51,635 nucleotides of DNA, taken from NCBI GenBank assembly GCA_002296125.1, contig DBHI01000034.1, positions 2,015-53,649 on the forward strand. Direction: 5' to 3'. Both the position numbers and the translations under genes were made by a program. The notes under the pieces are model-generated. The model was given only the letters and a program-made list of their open reading frames with translations. It was not told where the DNA came from and did no database searches. The stretch is from Anaerolineales bacterium UBA832. Its GTDB lineage: Bacteria > Chloroflexota > Anaerolineae > Anaerolineales > UBA11657. Shown here piece by piece: positions 39,605 to 49,851 of this stretch (positions are counted from its first letter, which is position 1; each line of letters begins with the position of its first letter).

Positions 39605-41620
39605 ATTCTTAATTTAACGGAAAAATATTTATTTGGTGTTATTTTCTTATTGTCTCTTGTCATGGCATGGCGAAATTTTCGCTTAATGATCTCTGTTGTT
39701 CAGAGAGGAACTCCTGATTTGGAATATGACAAATTTGTTTCTCGACTTTGGAATGCATTGTCAGCACTTTTGACCCAGCGTTCCGTCTTACGTTTAAGAC
39801 CAATAACCAGTCTAATACATACACTTATTGTTTGGGGTTTTTTATATTATTTGTTAGTAAATTTGGTAGATATTGTTAATGGTTTTTCTAGACAGCCTAT
39901 TTTGGCTGGAGCAAGTTTCTTCAGTGGGTTTTATCGATTGATTGCAGATATTATGACGGGATTAATATTAGTATCCATTGTTTATTTTTTTGTAAGACGT
40001 TTTTTAGTTAATCCGAAAGCTATACATTTTTCTCCAAATGTCATCTTGCAATCAGATGTCAAACAGAAGATTCGTAGAGATTCTTTGATTGTGTATATTT
40101 TTATAATTTTACATGTTGGTTTTCGTTTAATTGGAGCTAGTGCCAGTATTGCACATAGCACTCTAGATACGTGGCAGCCTCTTGTATCTCTCGTATCCTT
40201 ATCTATGTTTGATATTGATCAGCAAAGCTTGATTATTATTGAGAGATGTAGTTGGTGGATTTCTATTGTGAGCATCATTATTTTTGTGCCATATTTTCCA
40301 TATAGTAAGCATATTCATTTGCTTGCTGGACCTATAAATATTTTTCTTAAACCACATCGTGTTTCATTAGGAGCATTGTCTGAAATAGATTTTGAAGATA
40401 ACAACGTTGATGAGTTTGGCGTACAGAGATTAGAACAACTTGGACAATCTCAAATATTGGATGCTTTTGCATGTATTATGTGTAACAGATGCCAGGATGT
40501 TTGTCCAGCATATGTGACGGGTAAAGAATTATCACCTGCTGCTTTAGAAATCAACAAAAGGACTCTAATTAATACCCAAATGTTATCTCTTGCAAATGGA
40601 GATTCGTCGGCTCAATTGTTGGGAAGTATCATTAGTGAATCGGCGCTATGGGCCTGTACAACATGTGGTGCATGTGTTGATATTTGTCCTGTTGGTAATG
40701 AGCCTATGATTGATATTATGGAGTTACGGAGATATCAAGTTTTGACTGAAGGTGAATTTCCTAACAGTTTGCAGACAGTTTTTAATGGAATGGAACGGCA
40801 AAGTAACCCATGGAATGTTCAGAATGATCCATTTAGTTGGTGTGAAGGATTAGATGTTCCAACGGTGGTTGATAATCCTGATTTTGAGTATCTATATTGG
40901 GTTGGATGTGCTCCTAAATATGATCCAGTAGCTAAGAAAGTTGCACGTGCGTTCATAAAAATTCTGAATACTGCCAAAGTGAATTACGCAGTTCTTGGTG
41001 ATAATGAGTGTTGTACTGGTGACTCAGCGCGACGTTCTGGCAATGAATACTTGTTTAATGAGATGGCAAACCACAATGTTGCTGAGTTAAATAATATTAA
41101 TGTAAAAAAAATCTTGGTGACGTGTCCTCATTGTTTGCATTCCATTAGTGCAGAATATTGCAAATTTGGTGGAGATTTTGAAGTTATTCATCATACTACC
41201 TTAATTAATGAGTTGATCAATAAAGGTAGTATTGTCGTTGATTCTAATAAAATGGGGCAATCAAATATCACATTTCATGATCCATGTTATTTAGGTCGAC
41301 ATAACGGTATATTTGATGATCCGCGACAATTGATTCAGAAAGGAGGAGGTAAGTTGCTCGAGATGGATAACAATAGACGCAATTCTTTTTGTTGTGGAGC
41401 AGGTGGTGGTCAGATGTGGAAGGAAGAAGAGTCAGGAGATACATCAGTTAGTAATATGAGATTTACTGAAGCTAAGAAATCAGGTGCTGATGTACTTGCA
41501 GTAGCTTGTCCGTTCTGTAGTGTGATGTTAAATGATGCTAATCAGTCTGATGGCAACACTATGATTATCAAGGATGTTGCAGAAATTATTGGTGATTCTA
41601 TTGATATGAAAGGATTATAA
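39605..41620 (+). CDS. Membrane Fe-S oxidoreductase (FadF/HdrD-like: TM region, two 4Fe-4S, two CCG domains); start uncertain
   Basis: PYSKHIH; CIMCNRCQDVCP; CTTCGACVDICP; ECCTG, TCPHC, HDPCY, CCGAGGG, ACPFC; GAGGTG SD at 39595-39600. Confidence 0.88.
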   Translation: MLNLTEKYLFGVIFLLSLVMAWRNFRLMISVVQRGTPDLEYDKFVSRLWNALSALLTQRSVLRLRPITSLIHTLIVWGFLYYLLVNLVDIVNGFSRQPILAGASFFSGFYRLIADIMTGLILVSIVYFFVRRFLVNPKAIHFSPNVILQSDVKQKIRRDSLIVYIFIILHVGFRLIGASASIAHSTLDTWQPLVSLVSLSMFDIDQQSLIIIERCSWWISIVSIIIFVPYFPYSKHIHLLAGPINIFLKPHRVSLGALSEIDFEDNNVDEFGVQRLEQLGQSQILDAFACIMCNRCQDVCPAYVTGKELSPAALEINKRTLINTQMLSLANGDSSAQLLGSIISESALWACTTCGACVDICPVGNEPMIDIMELRRYQVLTEGEFPNSLQTVFNGMERQSNPWNVQNDPFSWCEGLDVPTVVDNPDFEYLYWVGCAPKYDPVAKKVARAFIKILNTAKVNYAVLGDNECCTGDSARRSGNEYLFNEMANHNVAELNNINVKKILVTCPHCLHSISAEYCKFGGDFEVIHHTTLINELINKGSIVVDSNKMGQSNITFHDPCYLGRHNGIFDDPRQLIQKGGGKLLEMDNNRRNSFCCGAGGGQMWKEEESGDTSVSNMRFTEAKKSGADVLAVACPFCSVMLNDANQSDGNTMIIKDVAEIIGDSIDMKGL

Positions 41621-41623
41621 AAT

Positions 41624-43519
41624 TTGATTTTAGATAAAGATAGAAGACTAAATAGATTAGGTATTGTTGTTCTATTGATAATTGCTTTTGCATTGAGGAT
41701 GCATAATTTGGGATATCAAGAATTGCGTGGTGATGAAGCGTTTTCGTGGAATTATGTTGTTGATGAATCAAATATTATCTCTATTCTTGAAAGGATCATT
41801 AATGAGGGTGATCCTCAGCCTCCCTTACACTATTGGTTGTTGCAATTATGGGTCAACATTTTTGGAGATACTGAGATTAGTCTACGAATACCATCGGTTT
41901 TGTTGAGTATGATAGTTATTGTTTTGGTTTATCAGATTGGTTGCAGAACAGTATCTTATTTTACAGGTTCATGTGCTGCTTTCTTAACATCACTACACCC
42001 ATTTCAGATATGGTTAGCACAGGACGTTAGAAATATGTATCAGCTGGCAATATTATTTGTATTGTGCGCCACATTGGTTTTGCCTGGATTAATGAAGGGT
42101 AAATGGCAAAATTGGTGGCTCTATATTGGTTGTGGTTCATTGGCTATGTATAGTCATTATTATGCAATTTTTGGATTAGTAGCTCATGGGTTTTATGTAA
42201 TTGTGATGGCAGGAACATATTGGTATCGTTGGGTTATAGCTATGGGTTCTATTGGTTTATTGTTGTTGCCATGGGCAGTTATTATACTCCCTGTGTTTTT
42301 GTCAGGGCAGTTAGCAGATCCGGGGTATATAGATTTTTATTATTTTATTGGCTTAATGTTAAGAGATTTTTCTTTGGGAACTGTTGTTTCATCAAGTATA
42401 AGTCAATGGACGGCTATTGTTATGACTGTTGTTTTTTTTATGGGAGCGTTAATGTTGTTGAAGGATAAAGATCGTGATAGATCCTTCATCTTATTTTTGG
42501 TTATGTGGCCAGTTGTTGCTATTGTGGGAATTTATTTGGTTGTTTTACATCGTAATACATTGAATACATTTTATTTTTTGATGGCATTTCCCGCAGTCTA
42601 TGTAATTGTTTGTGGTGCTTGGGAGTATATTAGATATATAGACAAATTTAGACGGATAGCAGATATTGTTGTAACTCTGTATTTTATGTTAATAGTTTTT
42701 GGTTTGTGGAATTATTATTTTGTTGATGAATGGAGTAAGAATCGTGGGCTTCGGGAGATAGCATCGATCATGAAGGCAGATGTAAAGTCTCGTGATGTTT
42801 TTATATCTAATTTTCCAGATCCAACTCAAGATTATTATTTGAGGACAATTATTGACGATCGTATCATGTTGCCTGCAAATCTTGATATGACATATTCAGA
42901 TGTATTGTCTGAACTTAATATGTTTGAAAATGATTACGATAGATTGTGGTTTATTCCTATGATTTCACCAAACTGGGATGCTGATAGCTTAGCACTTAAT
43001 GCTATTGAAAATAAATATTTGTCTGACTATCAATATGTTAGCAAAAAATTAGCTCTTATGAGGTTTGTTGTGCAACCATCTGAAGCAGTTGGGGTGACAT
43101 TTGTTGGAAAGACATTTATTGAAGGTCCTAAAATAGAATATGTTCATTTGACTGTAAATGGTATATCAGATATATATGATGTTAATATAGGTGATGAATT
43201 GATAGTTACATTAGTCTGGTCTACAAAAATACCAATCAATGATAGTTATGTTGTTTTTGTGCATTTGTTAGATACAAAAGGACATCTACTAGCTTCTCAT
43301 GATGGGATTCCAGGTGACGGTCTCAAGCCGACTAATTACTGGGATATTAATGAGAGAATATTAGATCGACACAGATTTGATATCCCTGTCTTTAATAGGG
43401 ATCAGTCTGTTGTACTGGTAGCAGGTTTGTATCAAGAACAAACTGCTGAACGACTTTTATTATATGATGATGCCGATCATGTACCTCTAACTGAATTACA
43501 GTTGATATCAGATAATTAG
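41624..43519 (+). CDS. GT-C (family 39/ArnT-PMT-like) membrane glycosyltransferase
   Basis: R...LG...L.GDE, D.QPPLHY, LR.PS, AQDVRNMY, HYY; multiple TMs; C-terminal soluble domain with YVVFVHL. Confidence 0.85.
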   Translation: MILDKDRRLNRLGIVVLLIIAFALRMHNLGYQELRGDEAFSWNYVVDESNIISILERIINEGDPQPPLHYWLLQLWVNIFGDTEISLRIPSVLLSMIVIVLVYQIGCRTVSYFTGSCAAFLTSLHPFQIWLAQDVRNMYQLAILFVLCATLVLPGLMKGKWQNWWLYIGCGSLAMYSHYYAIFGLVAHGFYVIVMAGTYWYRWVIAMGSIGLLLLPWAVIILPVFLSGQLADPGYIDFYYFIGLMLRDFSLGTVVSSSISQWTAIVMTVVFFMGALMLLKDKDRDRSFILFLVMWPVVAIVGIYLVVLHRNTLNTFYFLMAFPAVYVIVCGAWEYIRYIDKFRRIADIVVTLYFMLIVFGLWNYYFVDEWSKNRGLREIASIMKADVKSRDVFISNFPDPTQDYYLRTIIDDRIMLPANLDMTYSDVLSELNMFENDYDRLWFIPMISPNWDADSLALNAIENKYLSDYQYVSKKLALMRFVVQPSEAVGVTFVGKTFIEGPKIEYVHLTVNGISDIYDVNIGDELIVTLVWSTKIPINDSYVVFVHLLDTKGHLLASHDGIPGDGLKPTNYWDINERILDRHRFDIPVFNRDQSVVLVAGLYQEQTAERLLLYDDADHVPLTELQLISDN

Positions 43520-43524
43520 CTCGG

Positions 43525-44472
43525 TCATTTTTTGTGAATTAGTGTATCTTGAAGTGCATCATTTAATACAGGAAATTTGAATCTAAATTCATCAGTGAGA
43601 AGTTTTTCAGGTATAACTTTTTGACCATTTAATACTACATCAGCTACTTCTCCAAACAATGCTCTAAATGCTATGGATGGAACTGGCATCCAGTGAGGTC
43701 TATTAATGCATTTAGAGATTGTCTTACCGAATTCCATGTTTGTTGCCGGATTCGGTGCAGTTATATTGTATATACCTGAGGTCGTTTCATCTTCAATAAA
43801 ATGTATAAATGCTTCAACCAAGTCATCCATATGAATCCATGAGTAATATTGTTGACCATTTCCCACTTGTCCACCAATAAACATTTTATATGGAAACATT
43901 AATCTTGGTAAGAAACCACCTTTAGTACTTAATGGTAATCCAATCCTAGCTACTATTCTTCTCATTCCAACACCAATGAGAGCACTTGAAGATTCCCAGG
44001 ATTCACATACTTGTGCAAGAAAGTCTTTACCTGCTTTATTAGATTCAGTTATCTCCTGATGTTCTGAGGGGCCATAATAGCCTATTGCTGAAGTTTGTAG
44101 GAAAACTTTCGGTTTATTTTTAGATGATTCAATGGCACGTGTTAAAATTTGTCCGGTTTCTATTCTACTTTTTAATATTAAGTCTTTTCTATATGATGAC
44201 CATCTCTGTGGAAATAGACCAAACAAACCGTTTCCAGCAATGCTCTCACCAGCCAAATGAATGATTGCTTCGTTAGTTTCAATAGATTTTTCCCAACCAG
44301 ACAATGTTTTAGCATCCCATACAATTTGATGTACTTCATCAGGTAGGTCGATAGGATCTGTATTCCTGGTAAGAACAGACACATTGTAGTCTAAGCTTAT
44401 GAGTTTCTTTGTAAGAGCTTTACCTATTAATCCACTTCCACCCGATATTAGAACGTTCATTTTGGTCATCAA
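43525..44472 (-). CDS. TIGR01777-type NAD-dependent epimerase family protein
   Basis: SGGSGLIG, HLAGE, SR...T, SAIGYYG, FLA.VC..WE, WIH..D. Confidence 0.9.
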   Translation of the reverse strand: MMTKMNVLISGGSGLIGKALTKKLISLDYNVSVLTRNTDPIDLPDEVHQIVWDAKTLSGWEKSIETNEAIIHLAGESIAGNGLFGLFPQRWSSYRKDLILKSRIETGQILTRAIESSKNKPKVFLQTSAIGYYGPSEHQEITESNKAGKDFLAQVCESWESSSALIGVGMRRIVARIGLPLSTKGGFLPRLMFPYKMFIGGQVGNGQQYYSWIHMDDLVEAFIHFIEDETTSGIYNITAPNPATNMEFGKTISKCINRPHWMPVPSIAFRALFGEVADVVLNGQKVIPEKLLTDEFRFKFPVLNDALQDTLIHKK

Positions 44473-46007
44473 TCTATCTCCTTTTGTGAAAAATCAATAC
44501 CCTGTGATAAGGGTAATTTTTTTGTCCAATTAATAGTAACAGTTTGGCGTCTCATGTATCCTTTCCATGCATCAGAACCGGATTCTCTTCCCCCTCCGGT
44601 TTCTTTCTCCCCTCCAAATGCACCGCCTATTTCGGCTCCTGTGGTACCAACATTAACATTTGCTATTCCACAGTCTGATCCTCTTGTTGACAGAAAAGTT
44701 TCCGCGTCATATAAATTGCTAGTAAATATTGCACTAGATAGTCCCTGGGGTACAGAATTTTGAAGAGAAATTGCTTCATCAAAATCATTGTATTCCATTA
44801 TGTATAAAATTGGTGCGAATGTTTCTTCATATAAAAGAGGTATTTGATCGTTCATTTTAATGATTACAGGTTCTACAAACAGAGGGCCTAAATCTAATAG
44901 TTGTTGACCACCATATATCACTAATCCATTATTGTTTTTAGCTGTTTCTATTGCTTGTAACATTTTATTAATGCTATCTTGGCTAATCATTGGACCCATA
45001 GTTGTGGTATTACAGAGCGGATCACCGATTTTGATGTTTTTATATTTGTCGAGTATAGTTTCAATAAGTTCATTGATGATAGATTTGTGTGCAATTATTC
45101 GTCTAGTAGTTGTACATCTTTGACCAGTTGTGCCTATAGATCCAAATAAAATAGCCTCTGAAGTTAGCTTTAGATCTGCATCTTTTGTTACTATGATGGC
45201 ATTATTGCCACCTAATTCTAGTATGCTTTTTCCTAGTCGTTTAGCAACCTGTGTGCTAACAATTCTGCCTGTTTTAACAGATCCAGTAAAGGAAATCAAT
45301 GGAATACGTTTATCATTTACTAGAGTACTTCCAATGTCTGATCCAGTACCAGTGATTAGATTAAAAATTGCTTTTTCTTTGTGATCAGACATTATTTCAT
45401 TTGTTATATTTTGTAAAGCTATTGCGGTTAATGGAGTAACTTCTGATGGTTTCCAAATGACTGTGTTACCACACACAGCGGATATTATAGCATTCCATGC
45501 CCATGGAGCTGCAGGGAAATTAAATGCCGTAATTATTCCGGTTGGACCAATTGGATGCCACTGTTCATACATACGGTGGCCAGGTCTTTCAGAATGCATT
45601 GTTAGTCCATATAATTGTCTAGACAGACCAACTGCAAATTCGCATATATCAACAACTTCTTGGACTTCTCCAATACCTTCTCGCTTAATTTTTCCCATTT
45701 CTAATGCTATTAGTTCACCAAGAGGTTCTATGTTTTCACGTACTAAATTTCCTACGTCACGAATAAGTTGCCCTCTTAGAGGTGCAGGTTTTTCACGCCA
45801 TTTCAAAAATGATTTTTCAGCCTCACCAATTACTTGTTTATAAGATGTATTAGAAGTTTGTTCTACAGTAGCAATTGTTTCACCAGTAGTTGGATTAATT
45901 GAAGATATATGTTGGTTGTTTGTGCTTATCCAACAATCTTTTCCAAAACAGGATCCATAGTTTGTGTTTTGAATACCTAGATGTGATAACAGATTATTGA
46001 TCTTCAT
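44469..46007 (-). CDS. Aldehyde dehydrogenase family 7 (piperideine-6-carboxylate/AASA dehydrogenase-like)
   Basis: GLSRQLYG...SERPGH, AFNFP, LELGGNNA, GQRCTT, ETFAP, GAEIGGAFGGEKETGGGRESGSD. Confidence 0.92.
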   Translation of the reverse strand: MKINNLLSHLGIQNTNYGSCFGKDCWISTNNQHISSINPTTGETIATVEQTSNTSYKQVIGEAEKSFLKWREKPAPLRGQLIRDVGNLVRENIEPLGELIALEMGKIKREGIGEVQEVVDICEFAVGLSRQLYGLTMHSERPGHRMYEQWHPIGPTGIITAFNFPAAPWAWNAIISAVCGNTVIWKPSEVTPLTAIALQNITNEIMSDHKEKAIFNLITGTGSDIGSTLVNDKRIPLISFTGSVKTGRIVSTQVAKRLGKSILELGGNNAIIVTKDADLKLTSEAILFGSIGTTGQRCTTTRRIIAHKSIINELIETILDKYKNIKIGDPLCNTTTMGPMISQDSINKMLQAIETAKNNNGLVIYGGQQLLDLGPLFVEPVIIKMNDQIPLLYEETFAPILYIMEYNDFDEAISLQNSVPQGLSSAIFTSNLYDAETFLSTRGSDCGIANVNVGTTGAEIGGAFGGEKETGGGRESGSDAWKGYMRRQTVTINWTKKLPLSQGIDFSQKEID

Positions 46008-46053
46008 CTATTTCATTGATTTGATATATATATAAAGTTTGTTTTTACAATAC

Positions 46054-47940
46054 TTATTCTGGGAAATTAACAACTATTGTCATTCCCCAACGCAGTCTTG
46101 GATCGGTTTGATTTGCATCAATGTTTACCGTATATGTTACATCTCCACGTTTTTCAACGAATAGTTGGCTGATTGAGCTGACAGTACCCTGTAATTCTAG
46201 ATCGGATAAAGCATCTGGAATCATAGTTACAGTTTGACCAATAGATATTGAAGGCACTTCTATTTCAGTTAAGTTGTCAGTTTCAACTTTCCATTTGGAA
46301 AAATCTGCTATTGTTCCTATTGATTGTCCTGGTAGTACATATTCATCAACAGTTAGTTGCAAATCAGCCAAGGTTCCATCCCAGGGCGCAACCAAATCAT
46401 TGTCATTGAGATTTTGAGTTGCAGATTCTAAAGCTGCTTGGGATGCTCGCATTTGTGTTCGGGCTGAATTTAATGAGACTAGTGCTGATTCTTCACTTAT
46501 TTTGGATAATTCAACGGCTATTTCAGCTTGATGTATTTTTAATTCTACTTGTTGAGATTGAGTATTAGTATAATTGACATATGAGTTTGCCTGATCTAAT
46601 TGTCCTTTAGCTAATGCTAAGGCATCGGGATCAATACCATTATCTAAATCAGAAAAGCGTTGCTCTGCATCTGCTAGTTGAGCTTTGGCCAATTTTATGT
46701 CATTTTCTAGTTGTTGAGTAGCTAGCTCTATAGATTGTGGTACAGCTGGATCATCAGCAGATTGATTAGATGATGCTATGATGCCTCCACGACTATATTT
46801 TCCACTATTTGCCCATTCGAGATTACGCTTGGCTTTAGCTAGATCACTTTTAGCATTGTTAATGAGTTTGTCATTTTGGAGACGTGCTTTTTCTAGTTGT
46901 TCTACTGCTTCATCGTATTGAGATACAACGTCATTATAATAATCTTGGGTATCTGCCAGTGTAGTTGTGCGTCCATCAATTGTTATCTTTCTTTCATTAT
47001 CACAAGTAAGTTTTGCTTTTGTGACTATACTGGGGTAGTCATCTAACATTTCTTCAGCAATCCAATTGTCTACTTCATAAATACTTCCTGGATTATAAGT
47101 TGTATTTCTGTATGTGAAAATTTTGGAGAATTCAAGTTTAGTATATACTTCACCATCAACATCTACTTGACATCCGTCAACTGCTTTCTTCACTTTGTCT
47201 AGAAATTCTTTTTCATCATCTACGAGATCTTTTGTACTATCTACTGCGTCAGTAAGCGTACCTATGTTTAAGATTGTTGAATCTAATTGTAGTTGTTTAA
47301 GTGCATTTTCAGTGATTTCAACTTGTTGTTCATAATACTGAATATCGGGTTTATCTATAGAAGAAAGTGTGTCTTCAGCTGTTTCGATGATTGCAAGAGC
47401 AATTTGTATCTCATTTTCTATCTGAGCTGGCAGAAGAGTTGATGCTTCTTCTAATTTTTCAAGTGCTTGTTGAGCTTTGATCAGTTCTACCTTTGCTCTG
47501 GAATTTTCTAATGCTAGTTGAGGCTGTTCTAACTTAGTTTGGTTTAGAGTGTTTTGTGCCTGTTCAACATTATTGCTAGCTTGTTTTAAATTTAGTTCCG
47601 CAGCTCTAACAGATGTTAATGCTTGTTCTGCATTAGCATTAGCTTGTGCATAAGTAGCTGTTAAGCTTTCCTTATTGTTTAGTCTGGCAATAATTTGCCC
47701 CTTTTTTACTTCACTATCTTCATCAAATAATATCTCAGTTACTTTTCCAGCCATACTGAAAGACAGATCAACATGTTGGAAAGGTAATAGTTTTCCTTCA
47801 GCTATTACTCCATATTCTGGTCTGATTTCTGGAATTTGTGAGTTTGTTTCAGACGATTCGGTTGATTCGTTCTGACAAGCTGTCACAAGAGTTAATATAA
47901 ATACTAATATTATACAAGTTATAGTTTTGTTTTTAAACAA
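46054..47940 (-). CDS. HlyD/membrane-fusion-like lipoprotein with very long helical hairpin
   Basis: Lipobox VTAC; split lipoyl halves (F...GKV......VKKGQIIARL and LVAPWDGT); beta-barrel C-terminus ending LRWGMT. Confidence 0.85.
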   Translation of the reverse strand: MFKNKTITCIILVFILTLVTACQNESTESSETNSQIPEIRPEYGVIAEGKLLPFQHVDLSFSMAGKVTEILFDEDSEVKKGQIIARLNNKESLTATYAQANANAEQALTSVRAAELNLKQASNNVEQAQNTLNQTKLEQPQLALENSRAKVELIKAQQALEKLEEASTLLPAQIENEIQIALAIIETAEDTLSSIDKPDIQYYEQQVEITENALKQLQLDSTILNIGTLTDAVDSTKDLVDDEKEFLDKVKKAVDGCQVDVDGEVYTKLEFSKIFTYRNTTYNPGSIYEVDNWIAEEMLDDYPSIVTKAKLTCDNERKITIDGRTTTLADTQDYYNDVVSQYDEAVEQLEKARLQNDKLINNAKSDLAKAKRNLEWANSGKYSRGGIIASSNQSADDPAVPQSIELATQQLENDIKLAKAQLADAEQRFSDLDNGIDPDALALAKGQLDQANSYVNYTNTQSQQVELKIHQAEIAVELSKISEESALVSLNSARTQMRASQAALESATQNLNDNDLVAPWDGTLADLQLTVDEYVLPGQSIGTIADFSKWKVETDNLTEIEVPSISIGQTVTMIPDALSDLELQGTVSSISQLFVEKRGDVTYTVNIDANQTDPRLRWGMTIVVNFPE

Positions 47941-48188
47941 AATATGTTTCTCCTAGTTAGATCAAAATATTTTAATTAATCTACCAATAAATATATCATA
48001 TTAATGCAAATATTTTGTTAGAATTTTTGGAATTTGACCTAAGTGTTGTTTTTGTTATTCGTAATAAGTTACAGTATTATCTTGTGTTTGATTTGTTTGT
48101 CTCTAAAAATTCCAGAATATGCGTAATCGCTGTATAATGCTGCTTAGTAAATATTTATTTTTCAAGATACTTTAAGGTTGGTAAAGAT

Positions 48189-48941
48189 ATGAATAATAAT
48201 TTAAAAGATAGGGTGTCTATTGTGACAGGTGCTTCACGAGGTATTGGTAGATCTATTGCAGAGGCCATGGCTAGTTTGGGAGCGAAAGTCGTAGTTAATT
48301 TTTCCAAAGACGAGGTTGGTGCACAACAAACAGTTGATAACATCATATCTAAGGGTGGTTTAGCTACTTTATTCCAGGCAGATGTTTCTGTATTGTCAGA
48401 GGCCCAAGAATTAATTGATTATGCATTAGACAAATATGATGGAATCGATATATTAGTAAATAATGCTGGGACGACTCGTGATCAGTTGATTGTGAGAATG
48501 TCAGAAGATGATTGGGATTTAGTTTTAAAGGTTAATTTGAAGAGTACATTTAATTGTTGTAAGGCTGTTATGAAACCAATGATGCGCAAGCGATATGGAC
48601 GTATCATCAACATAAGTTCAGTCTCGGGTATTGCTGGAAATGCTGGTCAAACAAATTATTCGGCATCCAAATCAGGTATGATTGGTTTTTCTAAGTCTTT
48701 AGCTCGAGAAGCTGCTGCTAGAAACATTACCGTAAATGTTGTGGCACCTGGATTTATTCCTACAACGCTTACAAATGACTTGTCAGAAGAGATGAAGCAG
48801 ATGACATTGGCCAATATACCAATAGGAAGATGGGGTGAGCCTCACGAAGTAGCAGATGCCGTCATCTTTTTTGCACGTGATGTTTCTGGATATGTGACAG
48901 GACAAGTGATTAATGTAGATGGCGGTATGGTGATGTTCTAA
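48189..48941 (+). CDS. fabG: 3-oxoacyl-ACP reductase
   Basis: TGASRGIG, NNAG.TRD, GNAGQTNYSASK, VAPGFI.T, VDGGM. Confidence 0.94.
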   Translation: MNNNLKDRVSIVTGASRGIGRSIAEAMASLGAKVVVNFSKDEVGAQQTVDNIISKGGLATLFQADVSVLSEAQELIDYALDKYDGIDILVNNAGTTRDQLIVRMSEDDWDLVLKVNLKSTFNCCKAVMKPMMRKRYGRIINISSVSGIAGNAGQTNYSASKSGMIGFSKSLAREAAARNITVNVVAPGFIPTTLTNDLSEEMKQMTLANIPIGRWGEPHEVADAVIFFARDVSGYVTGQVINVDGGMVMF

Positions 48942-49037
48942 CTGTGATAGAATCAGATTTTTGTTGCTGAATGATTATATGTTTTTATAAGTATTTAGCT
49001 ATGAATAAGCAAATAGTATTATTAAGAGGTTGCTCTT

Positions 49038-49493
49038 ATGAAAACTCGTAGAAAGGCACGTAAATTGGCACTGGAAATTCTATATGAAATGGATTGCAGT
49101 GCACATGAGTTGAAAGACACATATGCTTATGAAAAAGCAAATATGGATGTAAAAAGTAATCAAAAGGATTTTGCGTTGCAGTTAGTTGTTGGAGTTTGGG
49201 AACATAGAGCATGGTTAGACCAAGTAATTCATAGACATGCACCTCAATGGCCTTTAACTCAAATGGCTTATATAGATAGAAATATTTTGCGTATTGCTAT
49301 ATGGGAGTTTGGTGTGTATGACTGTACTCCTATGAAGGTGGCAATTAATGAAGCTGTTGATATTGCTAAGATTTATGGAAGCGAATCTTCATATCGTTTT
49401 GTCAATGGTGTTTTAGGTGTATTAGCTGATAAGGAAAATGATGTACGTCAGATGTTGATATCTAAGATCAATACTGAGCATATGAAAGCATGA
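49038..49493 (+). CDS. nusB: Transcription antitermination factor NusB
   Basis: RRKAR..AL, DRNILR, VAINEAV..AK, FVNGVL. Confidence 0.96.
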   Translation: MKTRRKARKLALEILYEMDCSAHELKDTYAYEKANMDVKSNQKDFALQLVVGVWEHRAWLDQVIHRHAPQWPLTQMAYIDRNILRIAIWEFGVYDCTPMKVAINEAVDIAKIYGSESSYRFVNGVLGVLADKENDVRQMLISKINTEHMKA

Positions 49494-49846
49494 ACGGACT
49501 AAGTAGTATTGGTGGTTGGGAGTTGTTATTGATATCAGTGATTGCAATTTTTGTATTGGGTCCAGAAAGAATGATAAGATATGCTTTTCATGCTGGTCGC
49601 ATAGTGAACAAATTCTCATCATATTGGAAAGCAGGTGTAGATGAATTTCGAAAAGAATTAAGCCGCATAGATGATGAAGCTCATCATTCATTAGATAAAA
49701 TAGGGCAAACACAATTATTTAAGGATATTCAAGAACGTGTTGATGTGTCTAGCATAGATTCTACTAAGGATGGCAGTGAATTTGATTTAGAAGATTCAGA
49801 GTCATCACAAGCAAATTCTTATGATGCTTGGCATAGTCGTGATTAG
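49490..49846 (+). CDS. tatB: Twin-arginine translocase TatA/TatB subunit
   Basis: IG.WELL.I..IA..VLGPER followed by an amphipathic helix; precedes tatC. Confidence 0.82.
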   Translation: MNGLSSIGGWELLLISVIAIFVLGPERMIRYAFHAGRIVNKFSSYWKAGVDEFRKELSRIDDEAHHSLDKIGQTQLFKDIQERVDVSSIDSTKDGSEFDLEDSESSQANSYDAWHSRD

Positions 49847-49851
49847 GATAA

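Noticed and set aside
44554-45843. Chain of plus-strand ORFs antisense to ALDH7
   Set aside because: Typical antisense open frames of a conserved gene, with no independent coding signal.
46024-46034. Short (AT)n run upstream of the ALDH gene
   Set aside because: Expected by chance in AT-rich intergenic DNA.
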